Shown piece by piece: positions 10,881 to 24,430 of a DNA stretch of 64,000 bases. The stretch spans positions 59,460,001 through 59,524,000 of the forward strand of contig NC_045697.1 of assembly GCF_009834535.1 (NCBI RefSeq). Reading direction: 5' to 3'. Positions within the stretch are counted from its first letter, which is position 1. Every line of letters starts with the position of its first letter. Position numbers and translations under genes: made by a program. The DNA comes from Camelus ferus (lineage: Eukaryota). The notes below the pieces were generated by a model. The model was not told the DNA's origin, did not search any database, and saw nothing but the letters and a program-made list of their open reading frames with translations.

Positions 10881-12919
10881 CAGATAAACTGACATTCTTT
10901 GAAATATGACCTTTAGCCTGGTCTTCTTGAGGACATGCAGTCATCTGTAGACAGACTCGGGATGAGAACAACTCCTATTCATCATCTTGCCAATTATCGC
11001 TTCTTTTGGTGGTTGAGCGAGTTACTCATCATGCAGTGCTCTGCCCCTTCCAACTACTTAATACTACATACAGATTTTTGTAACAGTATAGAAGCCACCC
11101 ACAAAGAAAAGTAAAAATGATATTTTGTGAAGAATCTGCAAATAAAGTAAAAGAGTTTTAAAATTTTTTTCTTGGCCTAATATGCTTTATGTTTTCCATT
11201 AGCTTTTGGCTATTCAAATGTTACACAAAAAAACAGGCTAAATAAGACAGATTTTCAAGGAGCCGAGCTGTAAATTTTTTGACATATTATTTGATGAAGG
11301 TAAATAGTGTCATTTTCTGCTTTATTAACTTCATGTGATATGCACTCTGATCTTAAAAAATTTATTGTATTTGGAAGAGAGAGGAGATAGCTTATTCAGA
11401 ATCCCCTCTATCCATAATTTATTAGGCTTCCTACCACTGCTGTGCATCTCAAACTCTGATCTGTTTATATTATCTAGTGTTTGGCTAATGGGATACATTT
11501 TCGTTTTTCTTTATCTACAAATATTACACAATAAGACTAAGAAATGTCTTATTGAAGGGCAATGGTATATATGAATCATCAAACAGGTAAATCACTTTTC
11601 ATTCTTTTTTGTTTTTGTTTTTGTGTTTTGGCAACAGTCCATTTCTACTTGAAAGATTGTCATCCTAGTTCTGTCACATTTTTCCTTCTTATTGTGATTT
11701 CCATCATTTCTGAGCATCTCGTCAAAATTTGACCTTGACATTGTTAACCCTGGCTGTACTTTGCTGTTACTTTATCTCCATTCCCTCCCAAATAGCCTCA
11801 GTAAGTAGATCGTGATTAACTAGGCAACAGAGTAAGTTTCAGTTTATATTTGTTTGAGCATAAGCATTTGATGTGCCTCTTAAGTCCCTAGAAATTATTT
11901 AACAGGACACCCAATCATATTAGTGAAAATGTGTAGCATTTTTCCTTGATGCCCAGTATATTTTTTCAATAAGGAGGGATAATTTCTCTAGATCAGTTGT
12001 CCTTTATTATCTTCTGCAGAAACACACTTGAAAGTTGCTCTCATAACCAATGTGATCCTATGAATTTATGCTGGAGGACTTTCTATCCCCCATGTGAGTT
12101 CACTCTTTTCCACTTGTTCAGAAATGCTCAACAAAATGGCACTAAACTACTATTCTAGGAATAACTACAACAGACTTTATTTAAACATTTTTTAGCAGAG
12201 TAAATTATTTGAGAAAAGTGTTGTTTTAAATATTATCAGCAACAAATCGTTCACTATGCCTCCCTCTCACCAGCGTGGCATATCAGTATATTAACTATGG
12301 TTGAGAAGTGCTGCTCTAGATGAGATCTAAGACTCTGGGCCTGAACTTGACACTGAAAACTCAGAGGTTGGTAAATGACTATCTTTGTATACCTCATTGA
12401 TAGAATAAGCTCTTAGGAAGTTGGTAAAGATTCATGTTAGGGAGATGGGTAAACAGCCATTTACTAGACTTCTTGGTGACACCAGTAAAGAAATGAAAGC
12501 ATATTGATACTTATTTTGCTCTTGTTTTTGTTTATACTAAGACTGTCAACACTCAGAATGAAAGAATAAGGATCTCATCAACCTGGAGGAGTCTAAGGAT
12601 GGAATGGGCTTGATTACAACAAACAAACAAAAGCAAAAAAAAAAAAAAAAAATTAAGTTTCCTCATTATCATGAAATCCTGATTGCTAGAGGAATTATCT
12701 GCCTGAAATGATACCTCAGGCAAAGTATGCTTTTAAGTACTTAGTAAATTACTAGGTGCTGTGTTTGATTAAAATTCTTTAACGTTCTCCACTATGTCAT
12801 TTAACAGCAGAGTTGGAAGCAAAAGCCATTTAAAGCAGATATTTGCATTCTGTTAGATGCACAAAACAAATGTGAGCCAGAGAGACAGCAAATCTAAAAA
12901 GAAGAGAAGGGATTCTTAC

Positions 12920-13055
12920 TAACAGGTTTCAGGGATTTCATAAGCCCTGAAAATCAGTGCAAAATCATATGTCTATGCACATTTTTCACTAGGAAAGAGT
13001 AACCTTTATTGGTTTCTTAAATGGGTTTCATGATCTGTTTAAAAACTAAGGACCA
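12920..13055. mobile_element. MER103-like hAT relic
   Basis: ggtttcaggga..ccctgaaa..tatgcacattttt..tttcttaaatggg pattern. Confidence 0.5.
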
Positions 13056-13304
13056 AACATCACTTTAGTATTAATGTTTTATAAGAGACTGAGAGCAATA
13101 ATTTTGGTAGGCTGGGGAATGCAAAGGACGTAGGTTGCCAAGTTAGATCATTTTCTGCCATTCTGACTAAATTCACCGCAATAGTATTTCCTCTTTACTG
13201 GAAGGAAGTTGGACACAACATGCATAATATCAAAGAAAAAAATAATTTTAGGGCTAATCGTCTTGTGAGTATTGTTCTGTTGCTTCTCTCCATTAAATTT
13301 ATAA

Positions 13305-13483
13305 AAGGATTGGTAAACTATGGCCTGTGGACCAAGTGTGGCCTACAATCTGTTTTTGTACTGTCTTCCAGCCAAGAAGCTTTTACATTTTTAAAGAGTT
13401 TGCAACAGAAACCATATGTGGCCTATAAAGCTTAAAATACATACTATTTAGCACTTTATAGAAAAAGATCGCCATTGCTGCTC
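13305..13483. mobile_element. MER58-like hAT-Charlie element
   Basis: ggtaaactatggcctgtggaccaa..tgtttttgta..caacagaaaccatatgtggcct..tactatttagcacttta. Confidence 0.8.
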
Positions 13484-13549
13484 TGGGATTTAGACAGCTC
13501 ATTAAGCCTTTTGGATGGTATCTTAAGTTTATTGAAGGCTACTAACTGC

Positions 13550-13930
13550 CTAATTATTGTCTTGGAGTTGGTAATAATACATCAATGAGCAAAAATGATC
13601 CAAATTACTTGCTTTCATGAATCTCACATCTATTTAGAAGGCACAAAAATAAAAGTAGTAAGTGAATAAATTGGATAAATTATATAGTATGTTAGAAAGT
13701 AAATAAAAGATGTGAAGAAAAACAGAGCAAGGTATGGAAATTTGGGAGTAGCAGGTGAGATATGCTCTTGAACAGAGTGGTTAGAGTTGACCACACTGAG
13801 GAGGCAATGTTGGTGTCGACTTGAAGGAGATAAGGTAGTGAGGCCTTGGGCTCTCTGGAGGAAGGGTGCAGCAAATAGCCAGTGCAAAGGCCCTGTGGTG
13901 GGACCTCATGGTCAAGGAAGATGGAGGAGA
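13550..13930 (-). mobile_element. L2a 3' fragment
   Basis: gctttcatgaatctcacatcta..gcaaatagccagtgcaaaggccctgtggtggga. Confidence 0.75.
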
Positions 13931-14354
13931 ACAATTAAGAATTGACTTTGTATACTGATAAGTCATGTTTTAACTCTCTGTTAGGCATACTTTGTCTTAA
14001 ACAAGTCTACCTTAAATTTTGTAACATGTAAATCTATCTTTATGTTATTAAAATTCACCCAAGCTTAATGAAACATCTGGATTTCTGATATAAAATGTTA
14101 TCCACAAGTATTCTGATATGGTAATTCTGCTGAGCTGTGCAGTTCCTAAAGGGATATCAGTATGAGAAGGCATAGATGAGAATTTTTAACTGTCATTAAT
14201 TCTTGTGTTTAGGGTAGCACAATATGAAATAAATAAATGTAACTGCTGCAGAATACCTACTTGCATATATATGATTAAACACACAAAAGAGATTTTTATT
14301 TGTCTTAGGAATCAATTGAATAATTTGCTGAGAATTTAAATGGATATCTTTTAA

Positions 14355-14575
14355 TTCTGCACTGTCCACTTTAGTAACAGACACATGTGACCATTTAAAT
14401 TTAAATCAAAGTTAGTTAAAATTAAGTAAAGCTGAATATTTAGTTTCTTATGTGTTTTAGCCACATTTCAACATGTGCTTGATAGTTACATATTGGCTAG
14501 TGGTTACTGTACTGGACAGTTGATTATAGAACATTTCCAACATCACAGAGTGTTCTATTGGAGAATGCTGCTCTA
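14355..14575. mobile_element. MER33/MER3-like hAT-Charlie element
   Basis: tagccacatttcaa..tggctagtggttactgtactggaca..tagaacatttcca..gttctattgga. Confidence 0.8.
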
Positions 14576-15995
14576 ACAGAAATACTGAATATGAGTACAT
14601 TCATAGAACTTTAATGAAGAATTGAGACAGTGAACTTATAAAAACGAAGATGTTCCTGAAGATAATTATCCACCTAAGGGAATAATAAATGGGGGAGAAG
14701 TGGTCAATCAACTATTTAATACTAGGTAATGCTTTAGATATAGTAAGCCTCTATCAATGAATGAATGATGTCTAAATGAGAAACAATTTTGCAGTATCAC
14801 CAAATTACTCCAATAATTTTCTTGAAAGCTACCCTAGCATTATCATCTTTTCCTAGAAAAACATCACTTTCAATTCAGTAATTTTAAGTAAATTAAGTAT
14901 TGCTATTAGAACTGACTTGTTGACTCTAACCTCTTTTGAATCTGTATCCTGCATCTTTCTAACTAGAGAGTTTCTAGATATTTACATATGCTATTTGCAT
15001 ATAAAGTAGGTAGAAATAACTTTTATTATAAAATTCTAGCCAGAATACATGTAAAAAATATCTAATACTTACCTGAAGATGTAAATTTAATCACCTGTCC
15101 CTTGAATTCAAATGTTCAGTGCTCTAAGACAGCCCTGTGATTCCCTTAATTAAGAGAGGATAATTTTCTAGCACCATAATTGAGGCCAGCACTGGAGCAG
15201 GAAGTCATTTTGGCTCTGGATTAAAGAAATATTAAATGCTTGCCCCCTGGGGATTCAAAGGGCAAGTAGAAAAAAGATAAACTTCAAAGTACCATCTCAT
15301 AGATTGTGATGGTCTTTGAAGAAACCTAGACATAAGAATAATGGCTTCACCCTAGACATTCCAAAGTTCTTCAGCTACTGAAAAATTTAAGATGAATAAG
15401 GAAAATATGATGAGATAAGTTTTTCATATAAGGAGCAATTAAATGTCAAAGCCCTGAGATTCATATATGAGACTGGTTGTGACTGGTGGCAAGTTGTAAT
15501 AGAGACCACAAAATAAAGTTGATAAACTGAAGCTGAAGAGAACCCTGTTTTTTTAAAAGGAAACTAACAAACATGGACTAAAGATATTGAAGTTAATATT
15601 TTCCTAATTTTCTTTTTTAGATTCATGGGAGAAATATAAAAAAACTTGACATATTTAGGTATGAAGTCTAGGGAATGATATAATGCTTCTAAAGGAAATT
15701 TAATATACACATATAATAGCATTTATAAACTAGGACATACCACACTGTGGTTCACATTCAGACCATTACTCAGTGTACTGGGAAACATGGCCATATACTG
15801 ACTGACAAATGTTCAGAGCTCTGATGACTAGATGTGGGAAAAATATTTTCATATTAAAATGTATATTTGGTAAATAGAAATACTAACAATGATATTGTAG
15901 GTAACCTGTCATAAGCTTCATACAATGAGTACTTATTGATTTTATAAACAGAAGAGAGTACAGAACTGAAAATACAATTGAAAGCTCTGACTCAT

Positions 15996-16948
15996 CTTTC
16001 TTTCATTCTTTCTTTCTTTCTTTCCTTCTTTCTCTCTTTCTTGCTTTCTTATTGAAGTATAGTCAATTTACAATGTTGTGTTAATTTCTGATGTACAGCA
16101 TAATGTTTCAATCATACATATACATACATGTATTTGTTTTCATATTCTTTTTCATTATAGGTTACTACAAGATATTGAATATAGTTCCCTGTGCTAGACA
16201 GAAGATACTTGTTTATCTACTTTATATGTAGTAGTTAGTATCTGCAAATCTCAGACTCCCAATTTATCCCTTCCCACCCTCTTTCCTGCCTAGTAACCAT
16301 AAGTTTGTTTTCTATGTCTATGAGTCTGTTTCTGTTTTATAAATAAGTTCATTTGTGTCTTTCTCTTTCTGGCTTACTTCACTTAGAATGACGATCTCCA
16401 CGGTCCATCCATGTTTCTGCAAATAGAACTATTTTCTTCTTTTTTTATTGCTGAGTAGTATTCCATTGTATAAATATACCACAACTTTTGTACCCACTCA
16501 TCTGTTGATGGACACTTAGGTTGTTTCCATGTCTTGGCTATGGTAAATAGTGCTGCTCTGAACGTTGGGGTGCATGTATCTTTTTCAATTAGAGTTTCCT
16601 CTGGATATATGCCCAGGAGTGGGATTGCTGGATCATACTTTAAGTCTATTTTTAGTATTTTGAGGACTCTCCATACTGTTTTCCATAATGGCTGTACCAA
16701 ACTACATTGCCACCAACAGTGTAGGAGGGCTCCCTTTTCTCCACAGCTTCTCCAGCATTTATTGCTTGTGGACTTCTTAATGATGGCTATTCTGACTGAT
16801 GTGAGGTGATACCTCATTGTAGTTTTGATTTGTATTTCTCTGCCAATTAGTGATATAGGGCATTTTTTTCATGTGCCTATTGGCCATTGATATGTCTTCA
16901 TTGGAAAATTGCTTGTTTAGTTCTTCTGTCCTTTTTTGGATTGGGTTG
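15996..16948 (-). mobile_element. 5'-truncated lineage-specific L1 with (TTTC)n-converted tail
   Basis: ORF 16383-16817 is the ORF2 C-terminus ([30 protein letters not shown]); TSD-like tctgactcatctttc (15986) and tctaactcattttc (16949). Confidence 0.96.
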
Positions 16949-17559
16949 TCTAACTCATTTTCTAATGTAATTTTTTCATCTTACCTTAATAGAAATATCT
17001 GAAAAAATGACAAAGGGCACAGAACTTGAACATTAGGTTATAACCATGATAGGAAAGTTGACATTGCTATATAATTGAACATACATTTCAAGTTATATCT
17101 GAAATGTTATTTTATTAATATGTCCAATCTTCCTAAATGAGAAGTAATCTTTGAAACATAAACCACCAAATTTCCAGCAAAAGATGAAAATGAAACAAAA
17201 GAAAGGATGAAACAAAATATTTTAGGTAATGAATATTTTCTTCCCAACCTCACTCTCACCCTTTAGTTGGTCAGTAAAATGCTGCTAGAGGAATTCCTGA
17301 TGTATAAATTCCTGATGCTTCACTGAAATGGGCTACATTTATGCCCTGGTTCTCAAATGGTGGGGCAGAGGACAAGCAGACAGTCAGAATAAATTATAAA
17401 ATCACACACAACAACAACTAATACCTAGGCAGCCTTGCACCCTGTAGATTTAAGATGAAATTGTTACAAAATGCTTGTGTTGCACTATAGAAAATGGTGG
17501 GAGAAAACATAGTCTTAATTCAGGTCGCATGATCATTTTCTGTTAAATATTTAGAAGTC

Positions 17560-18900
17560 CTGCTTTCTTCCACAGCACAACAATTACTCAGCAGAGCGTA
17601 ATAATTTTACAGTCAATTGAGTCTACCAAATGGGAATATTTATGAAAGCTGATTTATCCTTCATACATGCAATACTGCTTGAAGTGTGGCTTTACCTCCA
17701 ACCAAACCTGCAGCCAGTAAAACTGTCAGGATGCTTTGCTTTGGCCCCAAAGCAAAATAATAAAAATTCAAGCAATCCTTTTGAAATGAAGGTACTGCAC
17801 TTAGCTTTTTCCTAAAGCGAGGTGCACTGCAAAGAGGAAGGCAAAGAAAGCAATGTGGTATCTGTGGAAAAGCTCCATAAAAGTTTTATGGCTTTAGCTC
17901 ATGCCCTGATTCTTGCTGTGGTGAGCAAGTACATTTTTCATTAGCCTATCCCACAAAGCAGTGAGACGGTCTACATTTAAGTAATGACCTTCTCCATGTA
18001 AACTCCAGCTTGTTTTCCTTGTACTTCAATAACCAATAATTATTTATGAAGGTTTGCAGAATTACCCAAGATAGTACAGGAACTTGGTCACATTATGACC
18101 TTCAGAAGAACTTCTCTGAACATTTTATTTCCAAGTTTCTGAAGAGATACCCCACCTCTATGCCTTTCTCACACATTTGTACAGCTTGCAAGTCTTCATC
18201 TTTTCGCAGTGATGTCTTCAGATTGCCATCAGTGACTTTGACACAGCTTCTGTAACACATGGAAATCAGGTGTTTCTCTTTTAGATGCAAAAAAATTCCA
18301 GGCTGATATTCTGAGGCTATTTTAGAACAAGTCACAGAATTAAACAATCGGTAATTTTGTTGAATTTGCTAATGAACTGCATGCAGTATATATGTTTTCC
18401 TCATTAACTGCTTCATTTTAGCCAATTGCACAAGAAGATAAAGTCTTCTGATTTCACTCAGGCCTAAAGAAAGGGAAATATTTATTTAGAATTAATGAGA
18501 GCACTGTCTGGTCCCTGATTTGTCTGTTATTCTTTATCTTCAGGGTCTGAGTACGGCCTGATATGGGGCCTATAAAACAAAATTCCTCTATCTACTGTTG
18601 ACTTCCAAATGAAAAAAGATGATTTATTCCTTTCATAATACCTGTGCACAGGGGCTCATGTTGGTGGCCTCCAAGCACAGTAAACTAACACATTAGGGTA
18701 AACAGATGTTTTCTCTATTAACAGTATCAACCGTCTGGCTGCAGGCCAAATTAAATCTAGGGAGTAATTTCAACTGGTCTGCCTGTTAATGTGAAAACTG
18801 ACTAATTAAACATTCTCTCCTGCTAATCTTCCCATCCTGCAGATGATATTTCTTCCAGTGTATGAGTCATGCAAGAACAGGAAGGAGAGAGATGATTTCA
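17560..18900. promoter_or_regulatory. Repeat-free candidate enhancer (RUNX, NFAT, ETS, STAT, AP-1, CDX/HOX motifs)
   Basis: TGTGGT 17854 and 17917, TGGAAA 17865, GAGGAAG 17834, TTC-N4-GAA 18101, TTC-N3-GAA 18112, TGAGTCA 18863. Confidence 0.35.
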
Positions 18901-19889
18901 AAGATTTAATTAATTCTTTGCTGTAATTTTATTCAATTACCTGCTTAAAATGTAAAATGTACAGCTTTCAAGATGCTAAGATCTAAACAATAGGATGAGG
19001 AGAATTAGAGAAAACCTAGAAATAAATTATTTTTAAATACTGGAATCAGCTGTGGTATCTAATTTAATCTTTATTTAAAGAACCCCAGTCCCTGAGAGAC
19101 CATGAAACTAGGTTGCAGACTGCCTACTAAAAATAAAGGAAGAAAACTGACTTTTGCCAAAAATAGCATGACCACCTCACATATGACTTATTTTTAGTCA
19201 TTAAATATTATTTTTTTCTCAGATATAATTGCCATAGTTCATTTTAGCCTTTCCTTGAATTATTCATGAATTACATAAACACAATATTAATAGTGACTTT
19301 GCATTCCTAATCTAGTCTAAATTGAATCAAAGAAAAATTATAATTGATAATCATAATATTTTTATAGATGTAAAATCCTCAAACAAGATTTAGTAAAATT
19401 AGTTTCTTTAATTTATTCCTTGGCACTTGTAATAAATACCCAACTTTGCAGAATTTCCTTTTATTCTCATTTGTCAGTTCTTTGCCTCCAAATCATTTTG
19501 TTTCTATTACCAGGTTAGCTATGCACAGTGGGCAATTATAATCTAAGAAGAGACATTCTTATAAATGGAAGGATGATTTTTTAGGGCTAGAAATTATTTA
19601 AATGATATTGACCTAACAAAAATGACATCCTCATGTGGCTAATACCTGGTGTAAATATTGCTTGTACTGTGTTTCAGAAACCACAAACTGGACGAATGAC
19701 TAGAAACTGTGTTTTAATGCTTCTAGCTTCAAGTTTACTTTTAATGGCTTTCTAATTATTCACAATATTTCATTACTGAGTCAACTAACAGGAAGATGCA
19801 GTTCAGACTGCACCAGCAAAGCACGTTTCACAGTATGGAGAGAACTTGAAGTGAGTAGATATAAATCCTGAATTAGGCACTTAGAAATT

Positions 19890-20230
19890 GTCCATTCATT
19901 GAACAAATGCATAACCAAACTCCTTAAAAATTCATTACAGTGCTTATGATTCACCAGGTACTGGATGCAATATTTGATAAATCATAATGAAAAAGACTGA
20001 CATGAGTTTTGACTTCACTGCATGTCTCGTCTAGTGGAAAAAACAGACATAAGCTGGCAATCAACAAGGTAAATAGAATTAAACATTGAGATCCATGCTA
20101 TGAAGAAAAGTAGAGTGATGTGACAGAATGTAATAGGACTTAGAGTTTGTAGATAAATTAGTATTGGTGGATCAGACAGTGCCTCTCTAAAGGGGCGCTA
20201 AACTGAGACTCTGAAACATCTCCATTTGGC
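19890..20230 (-). mobile_element. L2 3' fragment next to the younger L1
   Basis: cattcattgaacaaat..gtgcttatgattcaccagg..tctagtggaaaaaacagacat. Confidence 0.6.
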
Positions 20231-20270
20231 AGTCATTTGAAACCTGTAGGAAGTGTGATTAAGAAAAAGG

Positions 20271-21565
20271 GATTCCACATATAACTGATATCATATGGTA
20301 TTTTTCTTTCTTTCTGGCATACTTCACTTAGAATAACAATCTCCAGGTCCATCCATGTTGCTGCAAATGGCATTGTTTTTTTTATCATTTTTATGGCTGA
20401 GTAGTATTCCATTGTACAAATATACCACAATTTCTTTATCTAGTCATCTGTCAGTGGACATTTAGGTTGTTTCTATGTCTTGGCTGTTGTATATAGTGCT
20501 GCTATGGACATTCGGGTGCATGTGTCTTTTTGAATTAAGGTTTCCTCTGGATATATGCCCAGGAGTGGGATTGCTGGATCATATGATAAGTCTATTTTTA
20601 GTCTTTTGAGGAATCTCCATATTGTTTTCCATGATGGCTGTACCAAACTCATTCCCACCAACAATGTAGGAGGGCTCCTTTTCTCTATAGCCTCTTCAGC
20701 ATTTATTGTTTGTGCACTTTTTAATATGGCCATTCTGACTGATGCGAGGTGATGCCTCATTGTAGTTTTGATTTGCACTTCTCTGATAATTAGCAATACT
20801 GAACATTTTTTTCATGTGCCTATTGGCCATTTGTATGTCTTCATTGGAGAATTGTCTGTTTAAGTCTTCTGCCCATTTTTGGATTGGGTTGTTTGTTTTT
20901 TGTTAGTAAATTGTATGAGCTGTCTATATATTCTGGAAATTAAGCCCTTGTCAGTCCCATCTTTTGCAGATATTTTCTCCCACACTGTAGGTTGTCTTTT
21001 TGTTTTGCTTATGGTTTCCTTTTCTGTGCAAAAGCTTATAAGCTTAACTAGGTCCCATTTGTTTATTTTTGCTTTTATTTCTGTTGCCTGGATAGACTAC
21101 CCTAGGAGAACATTGCTGAGATTTACATTAGATAATGTTTTGCCTACATTTTCTTCTAAGAGGTTTATTGTGTCTTGCCTTATGTTTAAGTCTTTAAACG
21201 ATTTTGTTTACTTTTGTCTATGGTGTGAGGGAGTATTCTAACTTCATTGATTTACATGCAGCTGTCCAGTTTTCCCAACACCATTTGCTGAAGAGACTGT
21301 CTTTACTCCTTTGTATGTTCTTGCCTCCTTTGTCAAAGATTAATTGACCAAATGTTTGTGGGTTTATTTCTGGGCTCTCTATTCTGTTCCATTGTCTGTT
21401 TTTGTACCAATATGATGCTGTTTAGATTACTGTAGCTCTGCTGTATTGTCTGAAGTCTGGAAGGGTTATTCCTCCAGCTTCATTCTTTTTCTTCAGTATT
21501 CCTTTGGCAATTCTGGGTCTTTTGTGATTCCATATAAATTTTAGGATTACTTGTTCTAGTTCTGT
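20271..21565 (-). mobile_element. Inverted 5' part of a lineage-specific L1 (ORF2 C-terminal region)
   Basis: ORFs [26 protein letters not shown] and [20 protein letters not shown]. Confidence 0.96.
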
Positions 21566-21915
21566 GAAAAAAGACAAACTTATTTACAAAACAGAAACAG
21601 ACTCACAGACATGAAAAACAAACTTATGGTTACTGGGGGGAAAGAGGGTGGGAAGGGATAAATTGAGAGTTCAAGATTTGCAGATACTAACTACTATACA
21701 TAAAATAGATAAACAACAAGTTTCTTCTGTATAGCACAGGGAACTATATTCAACATTTTGTAGTTACCTATAATGAAAAAGAAGATGAAAACAAATATAT
21801 GTGTGTTTAAATATGACTGAAACATTATGCTGTACACCAGAAACTGACACAACATTGTAAACTGACTACACTTCAATACAAATATATATACACAAAAAGA
21901 AACAACAACAATGAA
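21566..21915 (+). mobile_element. 3' UTR and tail of the same L1, forward orientation
   Basis: aaacttatttacaaaacagaaacagactcacagac..gtatagcacagggaactatattcaa..acacaacattgtaaactgact. Confidence 0.93.
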
Positions 21916-22099
21916 AGACAATGGTAGTGAAATCTATGAAAAATTCCATGACAAGAAAGAGTTGAACATGTTGAAAAATTCATTAAAAGAAAATATGCTG
22001 CCTTTTATGTAAGATATAAACCTCCCAGAAACTTTGGATGAAAATCTTTAAAAGTAGGTCTAGTATAATGTACCCCAAATACTCCTTTGGGACTAATGA

Positions 22100-22330
22100 T
22101 ACCTAATGTGCATGAAGAAATCCTATTTAGGCAGTGTTTCAAGCATTTGGCCTGGATTTATTCATTTATATCTCATAGCAAGATAACTCCTCTCTCTCTC
22201 TTTCTCCCTCCCTCTTTAGATGAGGAATTGAGATTTTTGTTAACTTACATAGTAAGTGAATGGCAGAACTAAGTTTGAATCCACCAATGTGACTCAGGAG
22301 ATCATCCTCTTAGTTGTAACACTGCATTCC
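22100..22330 (-). mobile_element. MIR SINE
   Basis: tttagatgaggaattgaga..agtaagtgaatggcagaact..tttgaatcc. Confidence 0.65.
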
Positions 22331-23914
22331 TGGAATGGTATAGTGTAGAAAAAAGTGTCTAAACATATCAAATTTGCTCTTGTAAGTGTAGATATTGTTA
22401 TCATCATCAGTGCTCTACCTGATATATAAATATACCAGCCTGAGCCAGAATTGCCCTCTCCTACATGTATAAGGTTATTTTTACAGTTTATCTTTCAAAC
22501 CTGAATAATCCTGAGAGTAAAAGTGTTTAATTACTTGAGGACAACAGGCGTAAACTAACCCTGCCCCGGTCAAACTGGGACAGATGGTTGTCATATATAA
22601 AATGCTGTGAATTCTCCATCATTGGCCTGAGGACATTCTTTTAGTGGATACAGCAGCAGTGCTACAGCTTCATGAATTTCTTAAGCTGGAAGGGAGTTTA
22701 GAGGCCATCAATTCCAATTTCTTATTTATTCTTAAGGCCCAGAGAGAGATGAAATTACTTGTCCAAGATAAAAACTGGTTAGTACCAAAGCTAGTCTAGA
22801 AACCCAGTGACTCTTTTCAGTATTCAAGGCTCTGCTTGAAGACAAATGTGTATTTCTTCAGCTGGAGTGAAATGAAGTGGATAGCACCTTACTTATCCCA
22901 CCAAGTCCTAGCAGAGTTTTTTTCCTCTTTTCTCTTTAAGCTAGTAACCTGCGTGATGGAGCTGACCAGGATGCGCAGACAGGAATATTTTAGAGAGGGA
23001 CGATGGCATTTCATGGCATGTGGCATCAGCATGCCCTAGACATAGGTTGTTAGTTTTACCTTGTCATAGTTGAATTTAATGGCCAAGGGCCTTACTCTTT
23101 AAAGCCTCAATTTCCTCACGTTGAGAGAGAGGAAGTAAAACAAACAAAACAAACAGAAACCTTAAAAGTCCTTTTGGTTTTTTTTGTTTGTTTGTTTGTT
23201 TTTTTGCTTTAAATTGTATGAGAACAACAGTCTGAGTTTGGGAAAGTTAGTTGGTAAAAAAGGAAGTGAAGATACCACAGACAGAGTTCACTTTTGCCAA
23301 GGGCTAGTCCTGAGTCTGCTGCATGTTAAGTCACATACTTCTTGAACTGGATTAGTGAGTAGGTAGATAGAGATATTGATTAGGACGCTAGTGATTATCC
23401 AGTAAATCATGCATGACTGAGTTTAAGTAGACCAACAGGATACTTTTGGACAGTTTCCCACAAGATGAACTAACACTGACAGCTCATTTTCTGAAATCAT
23501 GTGGGGCTACTCAAGGCTTTACAAATGGGAAATAATGGGGATTTTAAAACATAGATCCTAAAATAAAGGACAACTAAAATGCTGGGAAAATTGTTCTAAT
23601 ATCATGAGACATTTTTTAAGGTATTAAGGTCCTGAGATATCTGTTTGTTACTACATTTTATATATAACATGGAAGCAATTGCTAAATGTTTATACTGTTT
23701 AATATTTGGTAATAATAGTAAAAGAAAAACAGGTAAAATTTGACATACTTCATTCTAGAGTCAAATAGATGGGTTTACACAGTTGATTACCTCATTTGGC
23801 GCGTTGTGGTGGGAATCGAGTGAGAAGATGTATTAGAGTGCACATTCACCCTCACTGAGTTGCAGCTACATTAGCTGTTTTGCCATTCCTTGATTACATC
23901 ACACTCTCTTCAGC

Positions 23915-24430
23915 CACAGAGATTGTGGAATATATTGCACATTGGCTTATTCAACTCCAGTTGTCTCTCTTTTAGCCTACCTTTCTTTAAACCAGAGGCT
24001 AAAACGCTGAAACCACGTTTCTTAGGTTTCAGTGCATCAGGATTCCGATAAGACTTTCTTCCACAAAACAGACATACTGATATGAGACTAGGAAGGCAAA
24101 AATAAGCACTGGGGACAAAGGCTGGTTGTTTCTTTTCAGAGCATAGTCTGGGAGTCCTTTTATTTTTACAACATCTGTTAGGAGGATTCTGATGTTTGAA
24201 TAGATGGACTATTGCTTTTCTTGGCTGTCCAACAAGAGGTGGTAGAATCAGTGACATTTGGGGCGGTAATGTTGGGCATATCTTCTGATGAGGTCATTTT
24301 GGCTGTTTAGCAGCAAGCTGAGTTCCCTGGACTTCCCCTAATTCTGAGTTAGTAATAGGTTGTAATGAGGGCTCCTCTGCTTAAACCCACCAGAATGGAC
24401 TCTGTAGTCTACAACTAAGAATCCTGTAGT
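23915..24430 (+). mobile_element. LTR33-like ERVL LTR
   Basis: gctaaaacgctgaaaccacgtttc..ggaaggcaaaa..tctgcttaaac..gactctgtagtctacaactaagaatcctg. Confidence 0.55.

Noticed and set aside
10880..11040. Two ATGATGA box-C-like motifs on the minus strand suggesting a C/D snoRNA
   Set aside because: No properly placed CTGA box D or terminal stem, and no recognisable rRNA guide
23910..24257. 115-aa ORF
   Set aside because: Lies within an LTR33-like element; no protein similarity recognised
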